NCBI GenBank assembly: GCA_028717885.1
Contig: JAQUMX010000002.1
Coordinates: 12,237-76,236, forward strand
Source: Candidatus Omnitrophota bacterium
GTDB lineage: Bacteria > Omnitrophota > Gorgyraeia > Gygaellales > Profunditerraquicolaceae
Direction of reading: 5' to 3'
Length of the DNA: 64,000 nucleotides
Made by a program: the position numbers and the translations under genes. Position 1 is the first letter of the stretch, and every line of letters begins with the position of its first letter. The notes beneath the pieces were generated by a model. It had not been told where the DNA came from, made no database searches, and worked only from the letters and a program-made list of their open reading frames with translations. Of this stretch, positions 1 through 8,701 are shown in pieces.

Positions 1-1
1 C

Positions 2-1036
2 TGCATTTCGCTTTTTAATTCCGTTGACCTAAAAGACAGTTGGCGCGGCGGAGTATTAAGGTTGCTGCAATACGTTTTCGTATTTTTTGCGGTTGCGGCA
101 GAAGCGAAAGACAAAGCACTGATTAAAAAGGTTTGTTTTTCCGTTTTTTTCGGGGTAATGCTTGCTTCAATCGATGCGATTTGGCAAGTGATTACCGGGC
201 ACGATTTTATCCGCGGGTATGAGCCGATATTGAATATCGGGTTGCTGCGCGCAACAGCAGCATTCAAAGAATCGAATATGTTGGGGATTTATTTAAGCGC
301 CCTGGCGCCGTTACTATTCGGGATTACCTTTTATTTTTTTACCAGGGGCAAAAAAGCTTTTTTTGGAGTAATCAGCCTATTAGTTTTGATTGCAACGGCG
401 CTCACCTTTTCCCGCCCGACATTGCTGGCAGTTTATGTGGTTTTTCTGTTTTTTACCTGGGTAAAGAAACAAAAGATTATTTTTGCCTCGTTAATCTTAT
501 TAATCCTGATTTCTCCGTTTATCGCCCCCAAGCAGGTAAAGAACTGGGCAAAAGAAGTCAATTACAACCCTTTAAGGTTTATGTGCAATGACGACCGGAT
601 TGCCGTGTACCGGAATAGTTTTCATATGATCAAGGCGCATCCGATAATCGGGGTAGGGGCGAATGCTTTTATGAAAAGTTACAAAAAATACAAGGAATTT
701 CCGGAATACCGCAATGTAGTTACGCTTGATGAAATGAAGGCGCATAACCTTTACTTGCATTTAGCAGGAGAGGTCGGCCTCGTTGGATTAGGCATTTTTT
801 TCTGGTTATTATACAAGCTATTCGCTTTCGCAAGAAAGGCCTATAAAAAAACAACGGACCATTTTCTTAAAACCATCATTCTTTCGCTATTTGCCTGTTT
901 AATTGCTTTCTTGGTAAATGGCTTGACTGAAAGTAGTTTAAGTTATTCGCGGGTAGCTATACTTTTTTGGTATCTATCCGGATTATTATGCGCGGCAGCA
1001 AGCTTAAGCAATGCAGATAGATCAAAGCAAAGTTAA
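2..1036 (+). CDS. O-antigen ligase / polymerase family (Wzy_C-type) integral membrane protein, 5' end outside the window
   Basis: The frame of listed ORF 62..1036 has no stop back to nt 2, so the gene enters from the left edge. The protein is polytopic and hydrophobic. Loop motif KAHNLYLHLAGEVGLVGL resembles the H-N-x-Y-L...E-x-G signature of WaaL/Wzy_C proteins. Confidence 0.6.
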   Translation, partial: CISLFNSVDLKDSWRGGVLRLLQYVFVFFAVAAEAKDKALIKKVCFSVFFGVMLASIDAIWQVITGHDFIRGYEPILNIGLLRATAAFKESNMLGIYLSALAPLLFGITFYFFTRGKKAFFGVISLLVLIATALTFSRPTLLAVYVVFLFFTWVKKQKIIFASLILLILISPFIAPKQVKNWAKEVNYNPLRFMCNDDRIAVYRNSFHMIKAHPIIGVGANAFMKSYKKYKEFPEYRNVVTLDEMKAHNLYLHLAGEVGLVGLGIFFWLLYKLFAFARKAYKKTTDHFLKTIILSLFACLIAFLVNGLTESSLSYSRVAILFWYLSGLLCAAASLSNADRSKQS

Positions 1037-1982
1037 AAATATTCTGGTAGTGCGGAATGACCGGTTCGGGGAATTCCTGCTGAATATCCCGGCTTTTAGG
1101 GCATTAAGGGAAAGTTTTTCTTCTGCGCGCATAATTGCAGCTGTGGATCCTGCGGTAAAAGAATTAGCTCTCAGTGTGCCTTATCTTGATGAAACGTTTC
1201 CCTGGGAAGGCAAGAAGCATTCCTTGAGTGAAAAATTACGATTAGCCGGGCAGCTTAAGGCTAAGAAAATAGATATTGCTATTATGCTTAATCCCTCGCA
1301 GGAGTTTAATCTGGTTTGTTTTTTGGCCGGAATTCCTGTCAGGGCAGGTTATAACCGTAAATGGGGATTTTTGCTGAATAGAAAAATCCCTGATAAAAAA
1401 GCTTTAGGGTTAAAGCATGAAGTAGAGTATAATCTGGAGTTGGCGCAGGCTATCGGCGCAAAAACCGCGGATAAATCCATTAAGCTGAACATTGCGCAGA
1501 GCCTTGCGCAAGAACTGGTTTTGGCGGCGCGGCTGGATGAGCAAAAAGATTTTGTGGTTTTGCATCCTTGGAGCAGTGATCCGGTCAAGCTTTGGCCCAG
1601 GGAAAAATTTTCTGAATTAGCGGAACTTTTAGCCGAAGAGCTGAAGTTAAAAGTGGTGGTTGTCGGCGCGGTTAAAAATCCGGCATTTCCGGCAATATCG
1701 GGCAGCACTTTGATTGACCTAACCGGAAAAACCACTTTAACGCAATTGGCCTTAATTTTAAAGCGCGCAAAATTACTGGTTTCCGCTGATAGCGGCCCAG
1801 TGCATCTGGCTTGCGCAGTAGGTTGCCCGGTAATTGCGCTTTTCCGCAATGACCTGCCGGGAAAAACCGCCAAAAGATGGGGGCCCCGGGGAGAAAAAAC
1901 AAAAATTATCGAAAGTAATAATTTGGCACAGATTAGCGCTCAAGAGGTCTTTTTAACGGTAAAGGAGATTTTAAAAAGATGA
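1011..1982 (+). CDS. Glycosyltransferase family 9 (LPS heptosyltransferase-like)
   Basis: 323 aa. N-terminal ILVVRNDRFGEFLL and C-terminal SADSGPVHLACAVGCPVIALF match the GT9 pattern (iGD..., nDsGpmHlA). Confidence 0.75.
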   Translation: MQIDQSKVKNILVVRNDRFGEFLLNIPAFRALRESFSSARIIAAVDPAVKELALSVPYLDETFPWEGKKHSLSEKLRLAGQLKAKKIDIAIMLNPSQEFNLVCFLAGIPVRAGYNRKWGFLLNRKIPDKKALGLKHEVEYNLELAQAIGAKTADKSIKLNIAQSLAQELVLAARLDEQKDFVVLHPWSSDPVKLWPREKFSELAELLAEELKLKVVVVGAVKNPAFPAISGSTLIDLTGKTTLTQLALILKRAKLLVSADSGPVHLACAVGCPVIALFRNDLPGKTAKRWGPRGEKTKIIESNNLAQISAQEVFLTVKEILKR

Positions 1983-3034
1983 ATTACGCGATTATTTTAG
2001 CCGGAGGTAGCGGCAGCCGCTTTTGGCCGTTAAGCAGAAAGCAACAGCCAAAACAGTTTTTGAATCTCTTTTCTGATCAGCCGATGATTGACAAAACAAT
2101 CAGCAGGATCAGCCGCTTAATCGATAAAAAAAATATCTATATTGCTACAAACAAAATCTATGCCAGGAAAATCGGCGCTTGCCTGGCTAAAATGAAGATT
2201 CCGCGCAGTAATGCCTTTTTTGAGCCGCAGGCACGCAACACCTTTGCGCCTATTGCGGTCCTTACTAAAAAAATATATGATGCGGATAAAGACGCGGTAG
2301 TGCTGGTATTGCCTTCCGACCACTATATAAAAGATGAAGATAGGTGCATTCAGGCTTACAAAAAAGCGGTCTTTGCCGCGCAAAAAGGCTATATCGTGAC
2401 TATCGGTATAATTCCCGCCCATCCGGAAACCGGGTATGGCTATATTAAGGTTAGATCCAAAGGCCAAAGGGTTGCCGGCACACAAGCTTATATGGTGGAA
2501 AAATTCCTGGAGAAGCCTAAAATCGAATTGGCGAGGAAGTTTACCCGGCGTAAGAATTATTACTGGAATGCCGGGATGTTTATTTTTAAGGCGCAAACCT
2601 TGTTGGAAGAAATCAAAAGGTTATTGCCCGCCGATTATAAGCTTTTATTAAAAATTAAATCTGCGGAAAATATAAGCGGGGCCTGGAAAAAGTTTTTAGC
2701 TACTTCCATAGATTATGCAATTATGGAAAGGACAAAACGCAGCGCTTTGATCCCCGCGGGTTTTTCCTGGTCGGATTTGGGCAGTTGGCTGGCATTGGCA
2801 GACCTTTTGCCCGGGGACAAAGTAGGAAATATCTCGCGCGGAAATTGCATCGATATCGGAAGCAGTAATATCCTTGCCTGGTCAGATAAGAAGCTGCTAA
2901 CTACTTTAGGCTTAAAAGATTTGATTGTTGTTTCTACGAATGATGCAGTATTGGTTTGCGCCAAGGACCAGAGCCAGGATGTCAAAAAACTCGTGGAAAC
3001 TCTAAAAAAGAGGAAACTCTCTAAACTGCTTTGA
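1979..3034 (+). CDS. manC: Mannose-1-phosphate guanylyltransferase (nucleotidyltransferase domain only, no C-terminal PMI cupin)
   Basis: 351 aa. N-terminus AIILAGGSGSRFWPLSRKQQPKQFL is the classic ManC/CpsB signature. ATGA overlap with the upstream gene. Confidence 0.75.
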   Translation: MNYAIILAGGSGSRFWPLSRKQQPKQFLNLFSDQPMIDKTISRISRLIDKKNIYIATNKIYARKIGACLAKMKIPRSNAFFEPQARNTFAPIAVLTKKIYDADKDAVVLVLPSDHYIKDEDRCIQAYKKAVFAAQKGYIVTIGIIPAHPETGYGYIKVRSKGQRVAGTQAYMVEKFLEKPKIELARKFTRRKNYYWNAGMFIFKAQTLLEEIKRLLPADYKLLLKIKSAENISGAWKKFLATSIDYAIMERTKRSALIPAGFSWSDLGSWLALADLLPGDKVGNISRGNCIDIGSSNILAWSDKKLLTTLGLKDLIVVSTNDAVLVCAKDQSQDVKKLVETLKKRKLSKLL

Positions 3035-4104
3035 AAAAAATCCTTATTATTAACCCGTTTGGGATCGGAGATTGTTTATTTACCCTTCCGGTAATCAAGA
3101 ACCTGCAAAATCATTATCCGGGAAGTTTTATCGGCTTCTGGTGTAACGAAAGAGTAAAAGATATCTTGAAAAGTGCCCCGGGAATTGATAAAATCTTTGC
3201 TTTATCGCGAGGGGACATTAAAAAGGCGTATCGCCGGTCAAAAATAGAGGGAATAAAAAAATCTCTCGGTTTGTTTCTGGCGATAAAAAAAGAGCGGTTC
3301 GACCTGGCAGTTGATTTTTCCCTGGACCACCGTTACGGATTAGTAGGTTTACTTTGTGGTATCCGGGAACGTATCGGTTTCGATTATAAAGGCCGGGGCC
3401 GGTTCCTGACAAAAAAAATTCAAATTACCGGATACACCGGTAAGCATGCAATAGAATATTATCTTGATCTTTTGAAATTAATCGGCATAGAGCCAAAACA
3501 GGCAGATTTGGAGCTTAAGGTTGACCCGCAGGCAAGGGCAAAAATAAAAACAATCCTGGAGCAGAATGCGGTAAACGAAAGAACGCTCTTGATTGCTTTT
3601 GCTCCCGGAGCAGGTGCCAGCTGGGGTGAGCAGGCAAACTTAAAGCATTGGCCGGTACAAAATTATGCCCGCTTGGCAGATTCTTTGATTGAGCGCCTGA
3701 ATGCAAAAATCATGCTCTTGGGCGATGCTACAGAAGGGCAAATTGCCCAAGCTATTACCAGCGCAATGCGTCATAAAGCAGTTGACCTGGTTGGTATGAC
3801 TTCTCTATCGGAATTTGCCGCTGCCATTGATTGTGCACAAGCCTTGGTCACCAATGACGGCGGGCCGTTGCATATCGCGGTTGCATTAGGCAAAAAGACT
3901 TTATCCTTTTTTGGGCCGGTTGACCCTAAAGTTTACGGCCCGTTTTCCCGGGATAAGGCTAAACATATTGTTTTAAGAAGCAGCCTGGAATGTAGCCCTT
4001 GTTACAAAAATTTTAGCCTCACACCTTGCGAAAAAAAACGCGAGTGCCTGGTAAAAATCAATGTGCCGGAAGCATTGGAAGCGGCGATTAAATTATTATC
4101 TTAA
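3031..4104 (+). CDS. Glycosyltransferase family 9 (heptosyltransferase-like), second copy
   Basis: 357 aa with a TTG start overlapping the manC stop. Motifs ILIINPFGIGDCLF and TNDGGPLHIAVALGKKTLSFFGP. Confidence 0.7.
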   Translation: MKKILIINPFGIGDCLFTLPVIKNLQNHYPGSFIGFWCNERVKDILKSAPGIDKIFALSRGDIKKAYRRSKIEGIKKSLGLFLAIKKERFDLAVDFSLDHRYGLVGLLCGIRERIGFDYKGRGRFLTKKIQITGYTGKHAIEYYLDLLKLIGIEPKQADLELKVDPQARAKIKTILEQNAVNERTLLIAFAPGAGASWGEQANLKHWPVQNYARLADSLIERLNAKIMLLGDATEGQIAQAITSAMRHKAVDLVGMTSLSEFAAAIDCAQALVTNDGGPLHIAVALGKKTLSFFGPVDPKVYGPFSRDKAKHIVLRSSLECSPCYKNFSLTPCEKKRECLVKINVPEALEAAIKLLS

Positions 4105-4122
4105 AGAACGGAGTTTAGGCTT

Positions 4123-5235
4123 GTGGAAAGAATACCGATTTTGGATTTAAAAAGGCAGATTGCGCCCATACGCCAGGAATTAGACGCAGCAATAAAAAAG
4201 ATTATTGACCAGGCTAATTTTGTTCTTGGAAAAGAAATCGCAGATTTCGAAAACAGCGCCATCGATTATACAAAAGCGAAATTTGCCTGCGCAGTTTCTA
4301 ACGGTACCGACGCTATTCGTTTGTCTTTACTGGCTGTGGGGGTAGAGCCGGGGGATAAAGTATTGTGTCCGGCTTTTACTTATTATGCTACAGCCGCGGC
4401 AATTGCCTCTATCGGCGCAGTGCCGGTTTTAACAGAAATTGACCCTAATACCTATAATATCCTGCCCGAAGAAATCGCTAGAATAGCCAAGAAAAAAAAG
4501 ATTAAAGCAGCTGTGCCGGTGCACCTTTACGGGCAATGCGCAGATATGGATAATATTCTTCAGGCTGCCAAGAAATACAATATCAAGGTGGTCGAGGACA
4601 CGGCCCAGGCATTTGGCGCCAGTTACAAAGGCAGAAAAGCCGGCACAATCGGAGATTGCGGGGCAATAAGTTTCTTTCCCGGAAAAAACCTGGGAGGATT
4701 CGGCGATAGCGGGATGGTACTTAGCAATAGTAAAAAGTATGACGATACCTTGCGTTTGTTAAGAAACCAGGGGAATAAAGAAAAATATAACCATGTAATT
4801 ATAGGGTATAACCACCGTATGGATACGCTGCAAGCTGCTATATTGAACGTTAAATTGAAATACCTTGATTCCTGGAACCGCAGAAGGCAGGAAACCGCCG
4901 CATACTATAATCAAGCTTTGAAAGGCTTGAATCTGGCCTTACCTTTTGTCCCGGATTATAACGAGCATATCTACCATCAATATGTGTTCAGGGTGAAAAA
5001 CGGCAGGGACAAATTAATGCAGTACCTGATTGATAAAGGAATCGATGCCAGGGTTTATTATCCGCAACCCATATATTTACAAAAACCCTTCCGGTATTTA
5101 GGTTACCGTAAGGGCGATTTTGCGCAATCAGAAAAAGCCGCGAGGCAAGTTTTGGCAATCCCTGTTTACCCGGATTTAACCCGGGAAGAAAAAGAATATA
5201 TCGTAGCTGCAATCAAGGAGTTCTTTCGATGCTGA
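4123..5235 (+). CDS. DegT/DnrJ/EryC1/StrS-family PLP-dependent sugar aminotransferase
   Basis: 370 aa with a GTG start. Family-typical IPILDLKRQ N-terminus and AISFFPGKNLGGFGDSG, with the Schiff-base Lys retained. Confidence 0.8.
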   Translation: MERIPILDLKRQIAPIRQELDAAIKKIIDQANFVLGKEIADFENSAIDYTKAKFACAVSNGTDAIRLSLLAVGVEPGDKVLCPAFTYYATAAAIASIGAVPVLTEIDPNTYNILPEEIARIAKKKKIKAAVPVHLYGQCADMDNILQAAKKYNIKVVEDTAQAFGASYKGRKAGTIGDCGAISFFPGKNLGGFGDSGMVLSNSKKYDDTLRLLRNQGNKEKYNHVIIGYNHRMDTLQAAILNVKLKYLDSWNRRRQETAAYYNQALKGLNLALPFVPDYNEHIYHQYVFRVKNGRDKLMQYLIDKGIDARVYYPQPIYLQKPFRYLGYRKGDFAQSEKAARQVLAIPVYPDLTREEKEYIVAAIKEFFRC

Positions 5236-5996
5236 ATTTATCGGTAGTGGTTTTGACTAAAAACGAAGAGCGTAACATTAAGGATTGCCTGGAATCCGTA
5301 GCCGGATGGGCGAATGAGATTATCGTCGTAGATGACGAAAGCACAGACCGTACGGTTGATATTGCCAGCCAGTATACGCAAAGGATCATTAACCGTAAAA
5401 TGGAGAATGAAGGCAGGCAAAGGAATTTCGCTTATGCGCAGGCAAAAAATTTATGGGTTTTAAGCCTGGATGCCGATGAGCGGGTAAGCGATGAATTGCA
5501 GGATGAAATCAGGGAAGTTTTAAGCAAACATCATATAGATTGCAACGGTTTTACAATTCCGCGCCGTAATTTCATCGGAAATTACTGGGTTAAATACGGC
5601 GGCTGGTATCCTAGTCCGCAATTAAGGCTCTTTCGCAAGGATAAATTCCGCTACGAAGAAGTGAGCGTCCACCCGCGCGCTTTTATGGACGATCCCTGCG
5701 GCCATTTAAAATGCGATATTATCCACTATTCGTATAAAAATATCGAAGATTTCCTGAATAAACTGAATAACCAGACTACTCGAGAAGCGCAAAAGTGGTA
5801 CGGCCAAAATAAGCCGATGCGCTTGGGCAGGTTTTGGTACAGGGCAGTCGACCGTTTTGTCAGGTCCTACTTTGTACGTAAAGGCTATAAGGACGGCTTT
5901 TACGGGTTTCTCATTGCTTACTTTGCCGCACTTTATCAATTTTTAAGTTATCTAAAATACCGGGAGATCGTTCGACACAGAAAGGAGAATCAATGA
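5229..5996 (+). CDS. Glycosyltransferase family 2
   Basis: 255 aa. LSVVVLTKNEERNI ... IVVDDESTDRT and LDADE (DxD-like). Confidence 0.75.
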   Translation: MLNLSVVVLTKNEERNIKDCLESVAGWANEIIVVDDESTDRTVDIASQYTQRIINRKMENEGRQRNFAYAQAKNLWVLSLDADERVSDELQDEIREVLSKHHIDCNGFTIPRRNFIGNYWVKYGGWYPSPQLRLFRKDKFRYEEVSVHPRAFMDDPCGHLKCDIIHYSYKNIEDFLNKLNNQTTREAQKWYGQNKPMRLGRFWYRAVDRFVRSYFVRKGYKDGFYGFLIAYFAALYQFLSYLKYREIVRHRKENQ

Positions 5997-7036
5997 GAGT
6001 TTTGGTAACAGGCGGGGCAGGAATGGTAGGCAGCCACGCCGCAGAATTTTTTGCTTCAAGTAACCCTAAGAACAAGGTGATTGTTTTGGACAACCTGATG
6101 CGTTCTGAAATTTTTGGATATGAGAAGGCTTCGGTAGAATTTAATTGGAATTACCTGAAAAAATTTAAAAATATTGAACGCATAAAAGGCGATGTGCGTA
6201 ATGACAAAGATTTGTCAAAAGCAGTGGGCCGCGGGGTAGATGTTTTGATCCATACCGCTGGCCAGCCAGGGGTACCTTCCAGCGTACGTATGCCGAAAGA
6301 GGATTTCAGTATCAATGCCTTTGGTACGCTTAATGCCCTGGAAGCGGTGCGCAAAAAATCCAAAGATACGATAGTAGTCTATTGTTCTACCAATAAAGTT
6401 TACGGAGAAAATGTCGATAAGATCCCTTTGGATGAGCAGGAAAAAAGGTATACTTTTAAAGGGGTCAAGGGCGTTACCGAGTCAATGCTTACGGATTTGA
6501 CCGGCCACACGCCATACGGAGTTTCCAAGCTGGTCGGTGATTTGTATGTTCAGGAATACAGTTATATCTATAAAATGAAAACCGCGGTTTTTCGCATGTC
6601 CTGTACTTATGGAACCCGGCAGTTTGGTTTTGAGGACCAAGGCTGGGTAGCGTGGTTTATTATCGCGGCATTGTTTAACCGGCCGATTACGATTTATGGA
6701 AACGGCAAGCAAGTGCGCGATATGCTTTATGCGGATGATTTAGTCGATGCCTTTAACCGTTTTATCAATAGCGACCTTGAAAGGGGGCTTTTTAATATCG
6801 GTGGCGGGCCCGAAAACACTATTTCTCTTTTGGAGTTCCTGGAGGAATTAAAGGTCCTAACCGGTAAATGCCCAAAGGTGAAATTTTCGGATTGGCGTCC
6901 GTCTGATCAGAAGGTCTATATTACCGATACTACGAAACTTCAGAATACGCTTGGCTGGAAGATTAAAACACCGGTCAGGGAAGGGATGAAGAAATTAAGC
7001 ATCTGGATAAAGGAGAACGAGGGTTTTTTTGTATGA
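5993..7036 (+). CDS. Extended SDR NDP-sugar epimerase, CDP-paratose 2-epimerase (tyvelose epimerase)-like
   Basis: 347 aa. VLVTGGAGMVGSH, STNKVYG, YGVSKLVGD, DQGWVAWF, GNGKQVRD and SDQKVYITD resemble RfbE/tyvelose epimerase as I recall it. Confidence 0.65.
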   Translation: MRVLVTGGAGMVGSHAAEFFASSNPKNKVIVLDNLMRSEIFGYEKASVEFNWNYLKKFKNIERIKGDVRNDKDLSKAVGRGVDVLIHTAGQPGVPSSVRMPKEDFSINAFGTLNALEAVRKKSKDTIVVYCSTNKVYGENVDKIPLDEQEKRYTFKGVKGVTESMLTDLTGHTPYGVSKLVGDLYVQEYSYIYKMKTAVFRMSCTYGTRQFGFEDQGWVAWFIIAALFNRPITIYGNGKQVRDMLYADDLVDAFNRFINSDLERGLFNIGGGPENTISLLEFLEELKVLTGKCPKVKFSDWRPSDQKVYITDTTKLQNTLGWKIKTPVREGMKKLSIWIKENEGFFV

Positions 7037-7578
7037 AAGCGGTATTCCTGGACCGCGATGGCGTGATTAACCGCTATCCCGGAGACAAAAAATACGTTAC
7101 TAACGTAAACGCCTTTAAGTTCCTCCCAGGAGTAAAGAAGGCAATTGCCCAATTAACCAAGAGAGGATATGGGATTTTTGTCATTTCTAACCAGGCAGGC
7201 GTAGGGAGAAAGATTTATTCCCGTAGTACTCTGGCGGCAATTACCGAAAAAATGCTGCAAGGGATAAGAAACGCAGGAGGGGACCTTGCCGGCGTATATT
7301 ATTGCACGCACCGTAAAGAAGAAAATTGTTCCTGCCGTAAGCCAAAAACAGGCTTGATTCACCGGGTTATTTCGGAATTTCCGGTAGACCTAAAAGAAGC
7401 GTATTTTGTAGGCGACACTATTCGTGATGTCCTTACTGCCAAAGCAGCCGGATGCAAGTCTATCCTCGTATTTTCCGGGAAAGAAAAATTGAGCAATAAA
7501 AAGAGCTGGGAAGCTGCGCCGGATTTTTTTTGCCGTGACCTTTCTTTGGCCGCAAAACTGATCTTGAGAGGAAAATAG
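7033..7578 (+). CDS. gmhB: D-glycero-D-manno-heptose 1,7-bisphosphate 7-phosphatase (HAD-IIIA)
   Basis: 181 aa. FLDRDGVIN catalytic motif and the Zn-binding insert CTHRKEENCSCRKPKTGL. Confidence 0.8.
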   Translation: MKAVFLDRDGVINRYPGDKKYVTNVNAFKFLPGVKKAIAQLTKRGYGIFVISNQAGVGRKIYSRSTLAAITEKMLQGIRNAGGDLAGVYYCTHRKEENCSCRKPKTGLIHRVISEFPVDLKEAYFVGDTIRDVLTAKAAGCKSILVFSGKEKLSNKKSWEAAPDFFCRDLSLAAKLILRGK

Positions 7579-7585
7579 AATCCCT

Positions 7586-8701
7586 ATGAAGGTAATTATC
7601 GTGCATGCTTCCTGCGGTGCAGGGCATACCAAGGCTGCGCAGGCGATACAAAAGTTTCTCTCCAAGCACGATCAGGAAATAGATTGTCAACTGGTTGATG
7701 TGTTGGAATATTCCCGCGGGCTGTTCAGGTATTCCTATATTCGCGGCTACGCCTTCCTGGTTTTACATGCGCCTTTTTTGTGGTTTCTTTGTTTTTCCGT
7801 GACTCAAGCCTATTTTCTGCGCTGGTTTACCCGGCCGATAGCCATTTTCTTAAACCGGATGGAAACCAGGAAGTTTTGCGATTACCTGATCAAAGAAAAC
7901 CCGGATTTTATCATCTCAACGCATTTTTTACCCTCGGAGATCGCAGCCTCCCTAAAGAAATCAAAGAAAATCAAGTCGCAATTACTTACCGTAATTACTG
8001 ATTTTGGAGTGCATCCTTTTTGGATCTCGCATCCTACCGATTGCTATATTGTCAGCTCCGCTTTTACAAAAAGGCAGTTATTACAGCAAGGCATAATAGA
8101 GGCGCATATCCGGGATATCGGTATTCCCGTAGACGAAAAGTTCTATGCGGCTTATGAGCGCGAGGGCCTAGCCCGGAACCTTGGCCTTAATAGCGATAAG
8201 TTTACCGTATTGATCATGACCGGTTCATTCGGGACCGGGCCACTGGAGGAGATTGCCAGTGCATTATCGCCTTTGGCACAGGTGATCGTGGTTTGCGCCA
8301 GGAACGAAAAACTTTTCCGCAGGCTAAGAGAAAAGGCCTATAAGAACGTAAAGGTATTCGGGTTTGTCGATAATATCCATGAGTTAATGGCGGTTTCCGA
8401 CTGTATGATTACTAAGCCCGGGGGCCTAAGCATTTCCGAAGCTTTGGCAATGGAATTGATCCCGGTATTTATTTCTGCTATTCCCGGGCAGGAAGTGGAA
8501 AATATCGAAGCATTGCGGGAAAGCGGAATAGGTATGTATTTGAAAGAAACCCGGGAAATAAAGGAATTAATTTCAGATTTGAAGGATCACCCCGAGGTAT
8601 TTAGCCGTTTAAAAGAAGACTTAAAAGAAATCCGTAAACCGAATACATTAGAGGAAATTTATAATGTTATATGCAAAAGTCGTCCTGGGGCTGGCAGTTG
8701 A
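7586..8701 (+). CDS. GT28-type glycosyltransferase (MGDG synthase / diacylglycerol glycosyltransferase-like)
   Basis: 371 aa. N-terminus IIVHASCGAGHTKAAQAI is typical of the MGDG-synthase/UgtP-like family. C-terminal GT-B half contains ITKPGGLSISEA. Confidence 0.65.
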   Translation: MKVIIVHASCGAGHTKAAQAIQKFLSKHDQEIDCQLVDVLEYSRGLFRYSYIRGYAFLVLHAPFLWFLCFSVTQAYFLRWFTRPIAIFLNRMETRKFCDYLIKENPDFIISTHFLPSEIAASLKKSKKIKSQLLTVITDFGVHPFWISHPTDCYIVSSAFTKRQLLQQGIIEAHIRDIGIPVDEKFYAAYEREGLARNLGLNSDKFTVLIMTGSFGTGPLEEIASALSPLAQVIVVCARNEKLFRRLREKAYKNVKVFGFVDNIHELMAVSDCMITKPGGLSISEALAMELIPVFISAIPGQEVENIEALRESGIGMYLKETREIKELISDLKDHPEVFSRLKEDLKEIRKPNTLEEIYNVICKSRPGAGS